Assembly (NCBI GenBank): GCA_028023455.1
Contig: JAQFVV010000010.1
Span: forward strand, 124,001-188,000
Length of the DNA: 64,000 nucleotides
Reading direction: 5' to 3'
Source of the DNA: Epiperipatus broadwayi
Lineage: Eukaryota > Animalia > Onychophora
Part shown: one piece after another, positions 39,151 to 52,679 of the stretch
Numbering within the stretch: position 1 is the first letter of the stretch
Layout of the letters: each line of letters opens with the position of its first letter
Translations under genes and position numbers: made by a program
Notes under the pieces: generated by a model
Database searches by the model: none
The model's input: the letters and a program-made list of their open reading frames with translations, nothing else
What the model was told of the DNA's origin: nothing

Positions 39151-40861
39151 GTTTGTTATTTTAGTAATTGTAATTTCAATTGTATAATTATCATAATTAT
39201 TGTAGAACTGTTTAAAATCCTATGTTTTATTATGTTTAGTTTAATGTATTCTATTTTATATATTTTTCTAAAATATCACTTTTGTATATATGTGATTTTC
39301 TGTTTGTTTGTACATAAAAAAATTCAACTGTGCTTTTAAAATAATAACACATAAGCATGTATTTTAGATACACATTGATCAATAAAATCTGCTCAAACAA
39401 CAACTTTAAATACTTTCTACAAATTTTTATTCTCTTAGATAGTACTATAAAAGACTTTTACATTTCATTTTTACTATATTATTTGCTATCTGACCATTAA
39501 TAATGGTGGATTTACTTTGTTTAACTAGTAAAGAAAGCTAATACATTTTTTAGTTTTTTGACTGCATTAATTAATTATGCTGGCAAATATTAGGTTACTA
39601 TATATATATATATATATTATGAAAGATGAATTATATGAAAAATATTTAGATACTTTAAAATAAGTTATCAGATAATAAATCAAGAGGATAGAATGATTAA
39701 TGAGATTTTTCTTGATAAATGAAGATTTTTGGGATTAAACATATATTGGATAAAAATAATACATATAGTTGTTTAAGTTGCTTAATAATTTAAGAATGTA
39801 CATATTTGTTTTATGGCAATACTTACAAATACTAAATGTATATATTATAGACTTAATTAGAGTATACCCTGTGGCATTGAATTTATCACATAACTTAATT
39901 ACAATAGAAGTGAAAAGACTGAAAGACTTATGGTATATTTATTAAAATAAATGATAAATTTTGAGTAAATTTATTATTAAGTTTTGCAGATTATTTTTGG
40001 TAGAAAATAACATATTGGAGATTTTAATGTGTTATTTTTTTGCATGAGTAGAAAACAATTTACCATCTTGGTCTATATTCAAACCTATTTGCTAAAAAAA
40101 CTTGTTGGTTTACTTTATTTAATTTTTTTCAATTGTTTTAAAAAAGGGATTAATATTTTACATTATTAATAAATAGTGATTAATAATACATCATAATAAA
40201 ATACGGCATTTATGAATTTTTAATTTTCTTAACTGACAGTGTATCAAGTTGTATATTGTAATAAAATTAATATTTTATTATTATAACGATTTAATAGGTT
40301 GAATACATATTAATAGGTTTATTTATTCATATTTTTTATCTACTGCACACATTTAACAAATAAAACATGAACATAAATAAACAAATAATTAGTATTTAGT
40401 GTGTGTGTGTGTGCAGTATAATGTTAATATTAAATCATACATATTTTAAAATATTATTTTTATATATAATTATTTCAGTAGGTGTGTAAAAATATAGAAT
40501 ATTTTATATTAAATAAATAAATATACAAAATATGTTCATAAGTTATCATTTTAAAATGTATTTTAATTTGCAGATTTATTTTATTATTATTTTTAAAATG
40601 TTTATTTATTACAAAGTTAAGATATTTCAAAAAACGTTTTACTAAATGAAATTTAATTCATCTTAACAGAAACTATAACAATACATTAAATTTAAGTGAA
40701 AACATAGGAACAATATTTAAGATAGTGACTTAAATGTGTCATCATCAGGAAAAACATATTTAAAGTCTTGACTTTAATTTCATTGCTCTCTCTTAATCTG
40801 CATCGCAATAAGTAAAGTCAATGTGTCATATATATATATAGCATTAATAGTTGGATTTTAC

Positions 40862-41017
40862 TATAAAAATTAATGACTAGGTGAAGGAAAATGTTTGTTC
40901 CAAAAAATTTGTCTTTTAACAGGTCTGCTAACATCTTATAATAAATCATTTCATTGTATAATGCATTTACAGTGCCACTGGAATATATTAATTTATGAAA
41001 GGACCTTAATGCTTCAG
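40862..41017 (-). CDS. Candidate internal exon (A|EALRSFHKLIYSSGTVNALYNEMIYYKMLADLLKDKFFGTNIFLHL)
   Basis: Acceptor ttcttgatattatAG inside ORF 40818..41051; protein-like composition; donor either at 40878 or 40862. Confidence 0.4.
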
Positions 41018-44000
41018 CTATAATATCAAGAAAGTAATTTAAATGATACAATGTAAAATTTATTATAGATCAAATTTTCAATGATACACCAGTGTTTATT
41101 ATAGAATATCTAAGGAGAATATTAATGTTTGAATATTTTACTGAGGAGTATTTTATTTAAAATGCATACTTTGTTCAAATGGATAAAAATTTTATTGTAA
41201 ATGTTATAATTTAAATATAATTAGACTTCAAATATTATGCTTATTTAATATATCTTCATAATATGGAAATAAGACCTGTAAAAACTCATGAACTTTAATT
41301 TGATTATATTTCTGCAAATATTATAATATATATATTAATTGAATTGCTTTTTAATGGAGTTTTAGTTATGGAACATACCTGACAATTTTTGAACAAAATT
41401 AAACAGCTCATGTTTTCATTATTTGTTTATTTATTTTAGCATGCATGTGTTTGTTTATAGTACCTAAATATAGAAACTAACCAAAAACAAAATTTAGATT
41501 GTCTTAAAAACAGAATTTAAATGTACTTTCTAATATTAATTTTGCCTATGTTTATTTAAAATTTTATATGTTTGACTGTTTTCATTATATATCTAAAAAG
41601 CAATAGATTATAAGTATAAGAATTCACAAATTAGCTTTATGACACTATAATTAATATACAGTGATTATATCATAATTTCTGTATTTAAATTAATAATTTC
41701 ATTTTTATGATTGTTAAGAAATCTGGAAACAAAATAAACATTCTTAGTTAAAATTTTAATATATAATTTTTTTTAATATTCATTTATAGGTATTTATAAT
41801 TTATTAAAGAAGTCAACCTCCGATAATGCACTATTTCTTGAATATTATAAATCTCTGAGCACTCACCCACCAATAAGAGTTTTAAAAACTTAAGTGAATC
41901 ACTTAAGTTTATAGCATATCTATATATGCATCAACTCTTACTGACCATGACTTATATCAGGGATTGGGCCTATTGTATGCCTGATGTTAATACTTACAAA
42001 TTTTCAGTGTTTTATAGTAACAGATTTACATTTATAGGTATTTGTGTAAAAATAAAATTCTCTTTCTGAGTTATTAATGTATCACTCATTGCATCTGCCA
42101 AATATATAAATAAAAAAATTATATATTATATGCAATAAATAAAACAGATAATTTATAATCAAATAGCATAACAAAGGTCATTCTTATATAAATAAATTTT
42201 TATTTTATTAATTAAATTTGGATCTTGTGATTATCATAATTTATTATTTTAAGTTCAGCTTTATTTGCTTACTAAATATTAACTATGTTGAATAAATGCC
42301 TATCTATTTTAATAATTTATTGTATTATTATAGCATTTCATCAGTTACATCCCATTGATTACAATGAATAAATAATTAGTAAAAGTCAAGCTAATATGTT
42401 ATTAAATACCAATTATTTTAGTTTAAATAAACATAAGTTGTTGCTCAACATTATTTAAACTTCTATAATTTATATTTATTTAATCATTAGATTATAGATA
42501 CTTTATTCTAATACAATTTGATATCTTAATTGAGTCTTATGAAAATTATTTATTTAACTTTATATATCTTTATACCATTATAAAAATTGATATCTGAAAT
42601 TGTTAAGCTATTTATTTATTAATAGATGACCATTTTAATGTCTTTATACTATTATTAAAATTGACACCCTAATACATGGTTTGAATTGAATCAGATATCT
42701 GAGATAATTTTAGTTTATTCATTACATCACAAAATTGATGTCTGTATATGATGAATTATTATTTCCTTAATAATAGTTGATTATATTCTAATTTATACCA
42801 TTCCAAAAATTAGCTTGCCAGTTCATGGGGCAAGATAATCCAGTTACTCATTTACTTATTCACCTATAATAATTTATATATTTACAGTATAGATTGTGTG
42901 TCCATCATGAATAGGTCTACAATGTTTGGCTAAGACATAACAGTCATCTACTTGTTTTCATTTTGACTGTTAGTATGGACAAAAATAACACTTTGAAAAC
43001 TGGTAAGTGGCTACATAGCTCCAGGTTTTAATGACCAGAAAACTAATAAAAAGATATTACCCTCATGGTGAGATTTTCAATCCTATTATCATTATCTAAA
43101 TTAAATTCAGAAACTTTTAGACCACTAGAAAATGCCATTCTGACCAGATCAATTCTCTTGAATGCTATTAACAGTCTTTTAGTTATTTGAAATGTGCAAT
43201 GTGTTGATCCTTCTCATTGTTTTTTTTTTTCAAACTTCTTTCCTGAGCTTGCATTTGCATTGAAGCTACAGCTCAATAAAAAAAAAGAGATTGCTTCTGG
43301 TTACTGGCCTCCAATTTTAATACAATGCACTCCTTTAATATCCCAAATAACACTTTTTGTCTTTACCAAAAAAAATATATACAGTATATATACAAAAATT
43401 ACTTTTAATCCTTTATTTTCCTAATTACATTTATTCTTATTAACATTTTATCAATTTACCCTTTCTTCTATATGTAGAAACACTAGATAAGAAATATATA
43501 TATTTTTAATTATCATACTTAAAAAAATCTATTTTTGCTCAGAAAATTAATATAAATTAGATTAATTATTTTTTTTCTTTTTTTTCATAACAAAAATTGT
43601 ATTTTACCAATTAAAAGATAGGAAAAAAGAAATTGAATTGCCACATTACAAAAAAAATAATTCAGATTTGGATATTGGTGTTTATAATATTAACCCTTTT
43701 AAGAATTTATGATTATAAATAAACCCTGTGAGTTCTCCATTCAATTTTTTCTAAAACCTTTTTCCAAGGTTGTTTTTTTGTAAATACATTTAAATGCATT
43801 GATATCCACAATTAATACATAAATTTAATGAGTTGATCTCATTTAACTTTTATAAAATTGAAATTAATTTCATAAACTCAATGTCCCATCATTCATTCTT
43901 TCCCCATCCTTTCATGTATCAATTGTATAGTGTAACCAGAAAGCTTGTATGGCCAGACTATTTTATGTTAAATGGAGCCTGAATCATTACAATACCACAC

Positions 44001-44779
44001 ATCCAATGAAATGAGATAATGAAAATGTGAATACACATTTCCATTTTTTATTGCCACATTTAACTCTTATTCTAGTTGTATAGTCATTAATTAGCATGGT
44101 TTAATTTTCATTAAAAAATTCACATATCTATTCCATGATCTCTTTGGAAGATGAGACCAGCATATACATATCATCAGAATGAATTGTGACCCACAATTCT
44201 AGGATATATAAGAATTCATCACTGGCCTTAAAACATACAATGTAGGCATGAACACCAAGAGAGCTATCTAGCAACAATAACCCATAACATGAAAGAAAAC
44301 ACAGAGCAATATAACATTTTTGTTTATGACTAATCGTTAGAAGGTGATTTACATAGAGAACTAACATTTGATGATCTATTGCACAGATGAGCCATGATTC
44401 ATTTAAGTCTTAGAGGCTAGGCTATATTTGTAACATATTAGTATTTATTAAAAGCATTGCCTTACTTTTCTGATAGAGACTTAAGAAGAAAATAAGTAAT
44501 AATAATAAAATAAAAAAAGTAATATAAGAGGTTGGTGCAGAGTTAGAGATAGAACTCAATATAGAGTCCCATGACATTGTTTCTTCAAAATAATATTAAA
44601 ATGCTCATCACATCATTAGAAAGGAAAATACAATTAAATAAACTCACAACACAAAACTCATTTCATAAATAATAACAATAATATATTAAAAAAATAATTT
44701 GTATTTTTCATACCAAGGTATGTATATGTATCTAACAAGAAATAGTTTTATCATTTATTCTTTTAAGAGAATTTTGAAT

Positions 44780-46330
44780 TTTGTCAAGTATAAATGATGA
44801 AATTGTAATCAGGACTGCCACTTATTTGACTTCTACTTCCTGTTCTGTTCACCACTCTATCAGGCTCTACATGCCCAAAGAATTAATACCTTATTCTCTT
44901 TCTCTAATTTTTAACACCATTGTTGTGTTTTCTTCTATCTATGACAGTGAGATAAGTTGGCTCTTTTAATTTATCTTGTAATTGACTTGGTTGGTCAGGA
45001 ATTTTGACACCTGTTTTACTGATTTTCTGTCAGTTTCAAGTAGCACCTGCTCTAATCTAAAAAACAGATCATTCTGAAATTTAGTGGACAATTTGACCTT
45101 CAATCATGTCACAAGCATCATTCATTTGACCATTTGTCTATGAAAAAATTAAGAATAGGTTTTACCATTTCCTATCTGAAATTTTTCTTACATTACATGA
45201 TACCTGGTATTCTTCCCCTAATTTTTTCTTGCATTACATGATGCTGAATTTACTTTCTGGTGTTCTTCAGTCCAGACATTCCTTATTAATAATTTCATAT
45301 GTTTTTGATATATATTGGAAGGGTTAAATAATGAATCCCACCATGGCTATGCATCACATTGTAAGTGATTGCAAGCTATAACCAACCTACTCTCTTCTAC
45401 TTTCAAATTAAGACTAAAGTATTAACCTATTTAAGAGCTCTACAGCTGGTTCACCAAACAGGTCTTCAAATATTCTTAATTTAAAAGTTGATTCACAGTA
45501 CGATACCCACCATTATTCACTTCTGGACTAGATTTCAAAGATTCGTGTACTATTGGTTTTTACTACATCAAGCTCTTCTGATTTTTCTTCTGTATAAATT
45601 CATCTGTTAACATTTTCTTGTAAATATTTCTGTGAGGTTTCTATTTTGTCTAGCTAGTTTATTACAGCTGCCTTATATGCTTTATTTTCTATGCAATAGT
45701 CATCTCATTAACCTTTTCTTTTCAACATTCATTTTTAAATCCTTCTAGTTTGTTATTAGTTCATTAATATTTTCTTTAATCTCTGCTATATTTTTGAAAT
45801 TTCCCCTATTACACTATTCTATATGATATTCTGTTTCCCATCCTTTTTTTTTAAAAAATTCTCTTTCTAGTCTTTGTAAATATTTTCTATATCATGTTGA
45901 TTTCCTACTTTAATTTCCTCTCATTTTATTCAACCTCATCATCATCATATGTTGAGTTTTTTTCTTTCATTGCATTCATCATTTCACTTATTTCTGCCAC
46001 TCATTTGTGGTGGCTTTCATGTATATTCTGGCATTTTCTGTTGATATTCATGCATGTCTTGGAATTTAAAATCCATTTTCTATTGGCATCCATGCATATC
46101 TTGGAATTTGAAATCCATTTTCTGCTGGCTTTTCACAATCAAATTAGACAGCATTTCTAAATATATTGCTGGCAAAGTGTTTCTTATAGGTTTGCATATT
46201 CAATTTTCAAACTTCAACTCTGTTGGCTATAATCCCTCTTGCATGGCTAGTTTCTTCATATTTAAATGTTTTTACATTCAATTTGAACTCATTATCATCA
46301 AATTATAAGGAATTTATATTTTGTTTAATC
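44780..46330 (-). mobile_element. Decayed Ty3/Gypsy gag remnant
   Basis: RLVIACNHLQCDA*PWWDS and WTEEHQK resemble the retrotransposon gag core; the upstream coiled-coil part has an in-frame 42-bp tandem repeat (46032-46130). Confidence 0.5.
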
Positions 46331-46914
46331 ATATCATTTACTGTTGTATATTAATTTCTATTAATCATATAAAATTAGTATACCAGCATACATCATGGAT
46401 ATATAGCATTCACTATCTCCATCTTAGTGTCTATGGCCTCCCTACTAGGTTATTTAATTAATCTGAAATTCCCTTTGTCTATCTATTCTATCACTACCTT
46501 CTATTAATAACCAATGTTTTTCTCAATTTACTAATTGTCAAACTTTTCTTATTCTATTAATTAAACCCTATTTATTATTTATTTTTTAAAAGTTATAGTT
46601 AGCATAAATGTATTGGGCACATACAAAGAGGTGTCATATATATATATATTGAAAATATAAGAAAGAGCAATCGATCTCTGTTGAAATGTAAGTCAATAAT
46701 GTGGAAGTGAGGCTATCACTAATGTAACTCAAGTGCAATACATTCATGTTTTATATTTCCGCATAAACTGAAATTATTCTATACTTCACAATAAATTCTA
46801 ATTTAATAAAATAATAAATAACTTTCTCAGAGTTATTCAATAATTTATGTAGTATTAGTTTTATCATATTTTGATGAAATATTTTGCAAATATACTGTTT
46901 CTTACTATAAGAAA

Positions 46915-47592
46915 AAATGTTAAAAAGACTAAAGTAATGTTTAATGGATTTTCTCAAAATATGAAAATAAAGATCGATTATGATGAATTAGAAGTTAACA
47001 ATTACAAATATCTTGGTCAGATTATTAATACAGAGTGAAACATAATGGATGAAATTAATCCTACAATTAAAAGAGATTGGAGTGCTTTTGGTAGATATAA
47101 CTTGATACTAAAAGGAAATATGCCTTTGTGTTTGAAAAGGAAGGTTTTTAATAAATGTGTTTTACCAGTTCTTACTTATGGGTCTGAGATTTGGACACTT
47201 AACAGAAGAGTAATACAGAGACTTCAGACCACTCAAAGAAGTATGGAAAGATGCTTGTTGGAAGTAACAAGAAGAGTTCAAAAACATAATATATGGGTAA
47301 GAGAACAAACAGGTGTTACTGACCTCATTGAAAAAATTAAAAGACTGAAGTGTTGGGCTGAGCATACTGCTAGAAGAGGTGATAATAGATGGACAATTAA
47401 AATCTTAAACTGGATTCCAAGAGATTGTAAAAGACCCTTAAAGAGATCACATGTGAGATGGATGGATAAAATAAGAAAGTGCACAGGAGTGATGTGGAAA
47501 AGAGAAGCTAAAGATTGGAGAAAATGGATTAAACTTGGAGAGACCTTCATCCTGCATAGGATTGATAATGTTTGATGATGATGATGATGATA
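46915..47592 (+). mobile_element. 5'-truncated copy of the RTE family
   Basis: Colinear with 36470-37140 (KGNMPLCLKRKVFNKCVLP...ETFILHRIDN); (GAT)n tail. Confidence 0.92.
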
Positions 47593-47607
47593 ATTACAAG
47601 AACTAAT

Positions 47608-48420
47608 TAAAACAGGCAAAACTCTCCATATGGTAGTGCCACAAACCACCAAACCTCACATGATCACCATTTTTTATGCTTGCTCATAACTGTTATTAAA
47701 ACAGGCAAAACTCTCCATACAGTAGTGTCACTCAGTGCAAGCCAGAGTAATCAATGTATTAAGGCTCCTCACTGACCAAGGCCACAAGCCAGAAACTAGT
47801 CTGAAAATATTGGAGGAGTAGGCATTATATAGGGATTTTATGCACAAGCCTTCTGGCATCCATTGATTACTCTGGCTTGCACTGAGTGGCACTACTATAT
47901 GGAGAGTTTTGCCTGTTTTAATAAAAGTTATGAGCAGGCATAAGAAATGGTGATCATGTGATGTTTGCTGATTTAATAGCAATCCTGCCTAGTAGGATAG
48001 TGGTGGCTATGGTTATTAAAGAACCAAAGACACCAAAATGTATGGGTACTGAACTGAATTCAGACCTATATGACTATATAAGCTAATGAGCTTAGATTGA
48101 AAATATTATTGTGTTTTCAAATTTTATTATCATAGTTTTGTAGTTAAGTAGAGATAAAAAGTGGCTGCTGGAGGGTTGCATTAGATCCTAAATTCTAGTG
48201 CAGTGCTCTCAGATCCAAGATTCCTCATTGACAAAGGCTACAAACCAGAAACTAGTCTGGGGATATTGGAGGGGTAGGCACTGGATAGGGATTTTATGTG
48301 CAAGTCTTCTGGCATCCATTGATTACTCTGGCTTGCACTGAGTGACACTACTGTATGGAGAGTTTTGTCTGTTTTAATAACAGTTATGAGCAAGCATAAG
48401 AAATGGTGATCATGTGATAT
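47608..48420. repeat. Family-2 foldback block flanked by the 10-bp direct repeat AAGAACTAAT
   Basis: Inverted pieces 47608-47643 and 47656-47756, forward monomers to 48417; direct repeats at 47598-47607 and 48421-48430. Confidence 0.85.
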
Positions 48421-49380
48421 AAGAACTAATCAGGAGTAACTTATAATGATTTATCTCAGGGTTATATAAAGTGAGAAAATAAATGCATGGATATAAAGTG
48501 TGTTTATAAATTTTAGGATATGATATTGTAAATATAATATCTTTATATTTCAGATAGTATCAGTACAATAATGATACATTTAATTCAAACAGATTTTATG
48601 TGTAATCTAATATCTCAAATATGACTTTTGTGTCATAAATATGCAATAACAACGCTTCTTTAGTAATGACAAAAAAAGTATTAAAAATTAACAATTATTT
48701 TATTACACAATATAAAATAAATGATAAAAACAAATAAGAACAATAAGAAAATTATATGAAAATGTCTCCAACAAGTAATATTTGTCCTAAATCTAATTCT
48801 AGTTTTGAGATATGAAAGGTATATTATCATACAGTGTTGCAAAGACACTGACATTAAATAGGAATAAATTGCAAAATAATCTTCTATTTGGATATTGGAG
48901 GACAATAATCATCATGATGATAAATGCTCTATGTAGATCTTAATTATTTCATTTCACTAACTAAACAATTATCTATCAATCTCACTTGATAATACTGGAG
49001 AAGTTTTCACTCTTTTAAAAGAAGAGAGGCAATTATTGCTTAGCATACCTAAATGATATTTACAACATCAGGCTCTAGATCCTTTACTGGGTTCAATTTC
49101 TGGCTTAAACATTAGGAGTGACACTCACTCTATTAACAAAATATAACTAGATCCTAGGATGCCTTGTTACATACTACATAACATTTAAAATATTAATACT
49201 AACATATGAGTAATGCATAAAATATTCCTTACATATATACTCATCAAAATAAGGATGATTAGCTCCATTTAACTTTGAAGTTGAAATTTAAAAACCCATA
49301 AACATAGAACCTAAACCTAAGGAAAATCACATTTAATCCCATTCAATATTACCAATAATAATATTAAATAAAAATATTAC

Positions 49381-49836
49381 CTGTATATTATCATAGTTAT
49401 ATCTGAGGAAATGATTATATTCTTTATTACATTAGTAATAATAATATTAATAAACTAAGAAAGAAGCAATTATAACAAAGTGCATTAAACAACAAATATC
49501 TTTTAAAAATTGATGCCAATGAAATATTGGTATTTGAAAAATATTCCAATGTTTTTGGGAATTCACAAACAATTTAAAAATAACAGCATCAAAGATGGTG
49601 TAAAGCATTTAATTCTATTTGTAATATAATCCTTTCTGGAGCACAGTATCAAGATTAATAAATTCACTTAGCATACTTGTTAATTTAAGTTATATTTAAC
49701 ATGTTAATCCATTTTAAGAATGCTTATAAATTCAACATTTATCATATTTAAATATTTAGCATTGATAATCCATAATACATTTCTTTAAGCTCTGGAGGCA
49801 AATTTGTAGTTTATTCCATGCAGCATTTTCATCCAT
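49381..49836 (-). CDS. Two candidate small exons, 49779-49836 and 49381-49402 (MDENAAWNKLQICLQSLKK|YITMIIYR)
   Basis: Acceptors cacatcttttcAG and atcatttcctcAG, donors GTatta and CAG/GTaata; phases are compatible. Confidence 0.3.
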
Positions 49837-50583
49837 CTGAAAAGATGTGATTTTTATCCAAAAAATTGGCAAATATTTAGTAATTCTTTCATTTGATATA
49901 TATCTGATCATGCAAACAGTTTATCCTTTATGAACAGAGTGATTTTTGTTAATTTTTGAATTAAAGTTTTTTCTCTGAATGACAAAGTTTATGGAGGTAT
50001 GCTTGATTTAAAAAACTTATTATTTAAGGTTTTTCCATCCATAATTAAAAACAAGATAAATTCACAATATTGAAATGTAAACTGCAGTTTCTTGAAGTGA
50101 AGATAACAAATATTTTACAGTATTTTGAATATAAATAACACCAACTTATTCGAAGTTAGTAAATATAATTTTTTAATTATATCAGCTATTTACTATTACT
50201 TCCAAGTGAAAAGTCCAGCAATTCACAAGTCAATTTATCCATTTTCCATTAACAGGTGATTGCAATAAATGAGATTTCTTGAAATACACAATTAATTAAT
50301 TAATCAATGATAGTTTCTGGTTTATTTGTGATTGTTTATCTGTTTCCTAGTATGATGAGAAAAAATGCCTAGCTGTTTAGCCTAGCCAATCATCATATAG
50401 ATGGCAAAGAAAATGGCTATTTAAAAATTTAAATCTACTTAGGTTTTGACTGCAATAAAAATTTGTGAAGACTGTCTGTTTTTTTTTTTTTTTCAAAATT
50501 CAGCTTTCATGGCCATTTAATCGGTTGATATCTCATTCAATACATTTCCCATTATGCATTGTTTTTTTTTTTATTTTTTCCAG

Positions 50584-52679
50584 GAAAACTTGGAAGAGGT
50601 TGGCATGATTATTGCAAGGTAAAAAGATAGACACTAAGATTTTTGAATCAAGGTAATAAAAACTTTATGAATGCCATTTAAAATTGAAAAAAAAAAGGAA
50701 AGAATAATTTCAATCTTTCTTGATTGCATCATTTGTTTTTTTTTACTTCCAGGTTTTAAAATAATTTTACAAACATTTATTTTAAATAAATAAATCATAA
50801 ACTTATAAAGTTCTCAGATATTTATTTCAATTAAATTTAAATTGATCTTTTAATAAATATTATTTAATATATAATTTAGAAAACTAAATAAGACAATTAA
50901 GTTTATTAAGTCTAATAATGTAAGCTTTCACACACACACACACATATGCAAACAAAATATAAAATGTAAGAACTGTTTGTTCTACATGTAAATAAAAATG
51001 TAATCTGAAATATAATTGCTTTACTTTAAAATATTTTAATATTATAATGTTATACTTACAATTCTATTCAGTATTTCTATATTAAATTACTATGACTGTT
51101 TATTTATACAATTCTGATAGCTTTGTTCTCTAATAAGAATAATGACAAAAATAAGTGTATCTATTTTTATACAAGTGTCACCTGCTTGGAAAGCCACTTT
51201 TAAATGTTTTATAAAATTATATTTTCTCTTGAGCATTAATATGACTTTTAAATTTGATATTAATTATATAATATGCTATTCAACCAATGACAATGATAAA
51301 TACATTTTCTTAACTACAAAAATTAAATAATAGCCAATTTACAGAAACATCTTAATATTACAATATATATATATACACACATAAAATTCCCCTATACATA
51401 TCTTGGATCTACACTTTGCCGTTCAACAATGGCCTAAATAGATATCCATTATACTTATACCATGCCTCATTTGGTTGTATAATATATCAAACTTAATGAT
51501 AATGACAAACTGCTAGTTGTATATATTTCCTGACTATCTTATAGCATAGCAATACTCAGAGGATGCACCAACAAGCTCTCATATCCAAAATCTTTTTATA
51601 GGGTAATTACATCTAAGCATGCATTCATTACTGAAAGATTGTTTTTAAGATCTCTGTAAACATTATTATGAAAATGGTATAATAGTTACAACTGTTAATC
51701 TAAACATGTATTTTTCTCAAGATGTGACAAACTATTTCTAGATAGGTTTGGAATGAGGACAAGACTGAATAAATTTTAAAATATAAATTAAAAAACAATT
51801 TATTTAAAACATCTACAGTATTTGCAACCATTATAATCTTTATATAAATTAAATTCATATAAATATATATTTAGGGAATGTATTCATTTTAGAGAAATGT
51901 CATTTAACTTGGCTGAATATTAAAACCTTGAGCTTTGATATTTCAACATGAACTACAGAACCCCACCTTCATATAATTATTATTAGTAATTAATAAAACA
52001 ATACATGAACCAGGCTAGTTGTTATATTGAAGATATATAGTTATATAGAGAGAGAGAGTTAATAAACTCTTAAGCTTTCTTTTGGTGTTACATGTTTATT
52101 TCTAATAACATTTCAGATTGCCAAACAGCTAGTAAGAGTCAATATTGCTCCGTTTATTCAAGATCTATATACTAGTTTTGATAATACGACTTTAATTTTA
52201 TATTATTATTCAGTAGTCTACTAATGAACAAAATTAAAAAGCCTGTACTTGAAACATTATTTTGATAAAATCTTTGTTGTCGGATATAAATTATTATGCA
52301 TGAAAAATACATGATCTACCTGACTGGTTAAACCTAAATATTGAAATTCATTTGTTGAGATGCTTCTCCACTTTTTCTCTATTTATTAATGTTTATCAGC
52401 TATTCTGTTTCAATTATAGAATAATTCAAATTATTTGAGACACAGTTTCCATATTCTTCTATTTTGATAGTGATTTTTTTTTAAAAAAAAATAAAACTTC
52501 TAAGTTTTGCTAAATTTCAATTTTTGAATTTAATGGAACATTCATTTAAATGGACATGGTCAATAGAAAGAAAATAATTTTTATATCTTATCTAAGAGTA
52601 TCAGAATAATCTTTTGTCATATTGTAAAGTTTCATTTCTTATAGCCAAGAGCTAGGGTTTCCTCTGTTGACTATCCATG
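50584..52679 (+). CDS. Three candidate small exons: 50584-50618, 52117-52131, 52645-52679
   Basis: Polypyrimidine-AG acceptors and GTaaaa/GTaaga/GTaaac donors; the spliced product is open. Confidence 0.3.
51389..51610 (+). mobile_element. Old RTE/BovB-like LINE fragment
   Basis: PYTYLGSTLCRST matches the post-RT YLGS motif region of BovB-like elements; the rest is decayed. Confidence 0.4.

Noticed and set aside
41996-42084. Exon using the strong GTAAGT donor
   Set aside because: Stops in all three frames; only a shorter version is open.
42888-43001. Plus-strand exon with a good acceptor and GTAAGT donor
   Set aside because: Stops in all frames from the strong acceptor; could only be non-coding.
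43840-44400. Possible ancient RTE RT fragment
   Set aside because: Only faint motif echoes (KCEY) and many stops; not supportable by eye.
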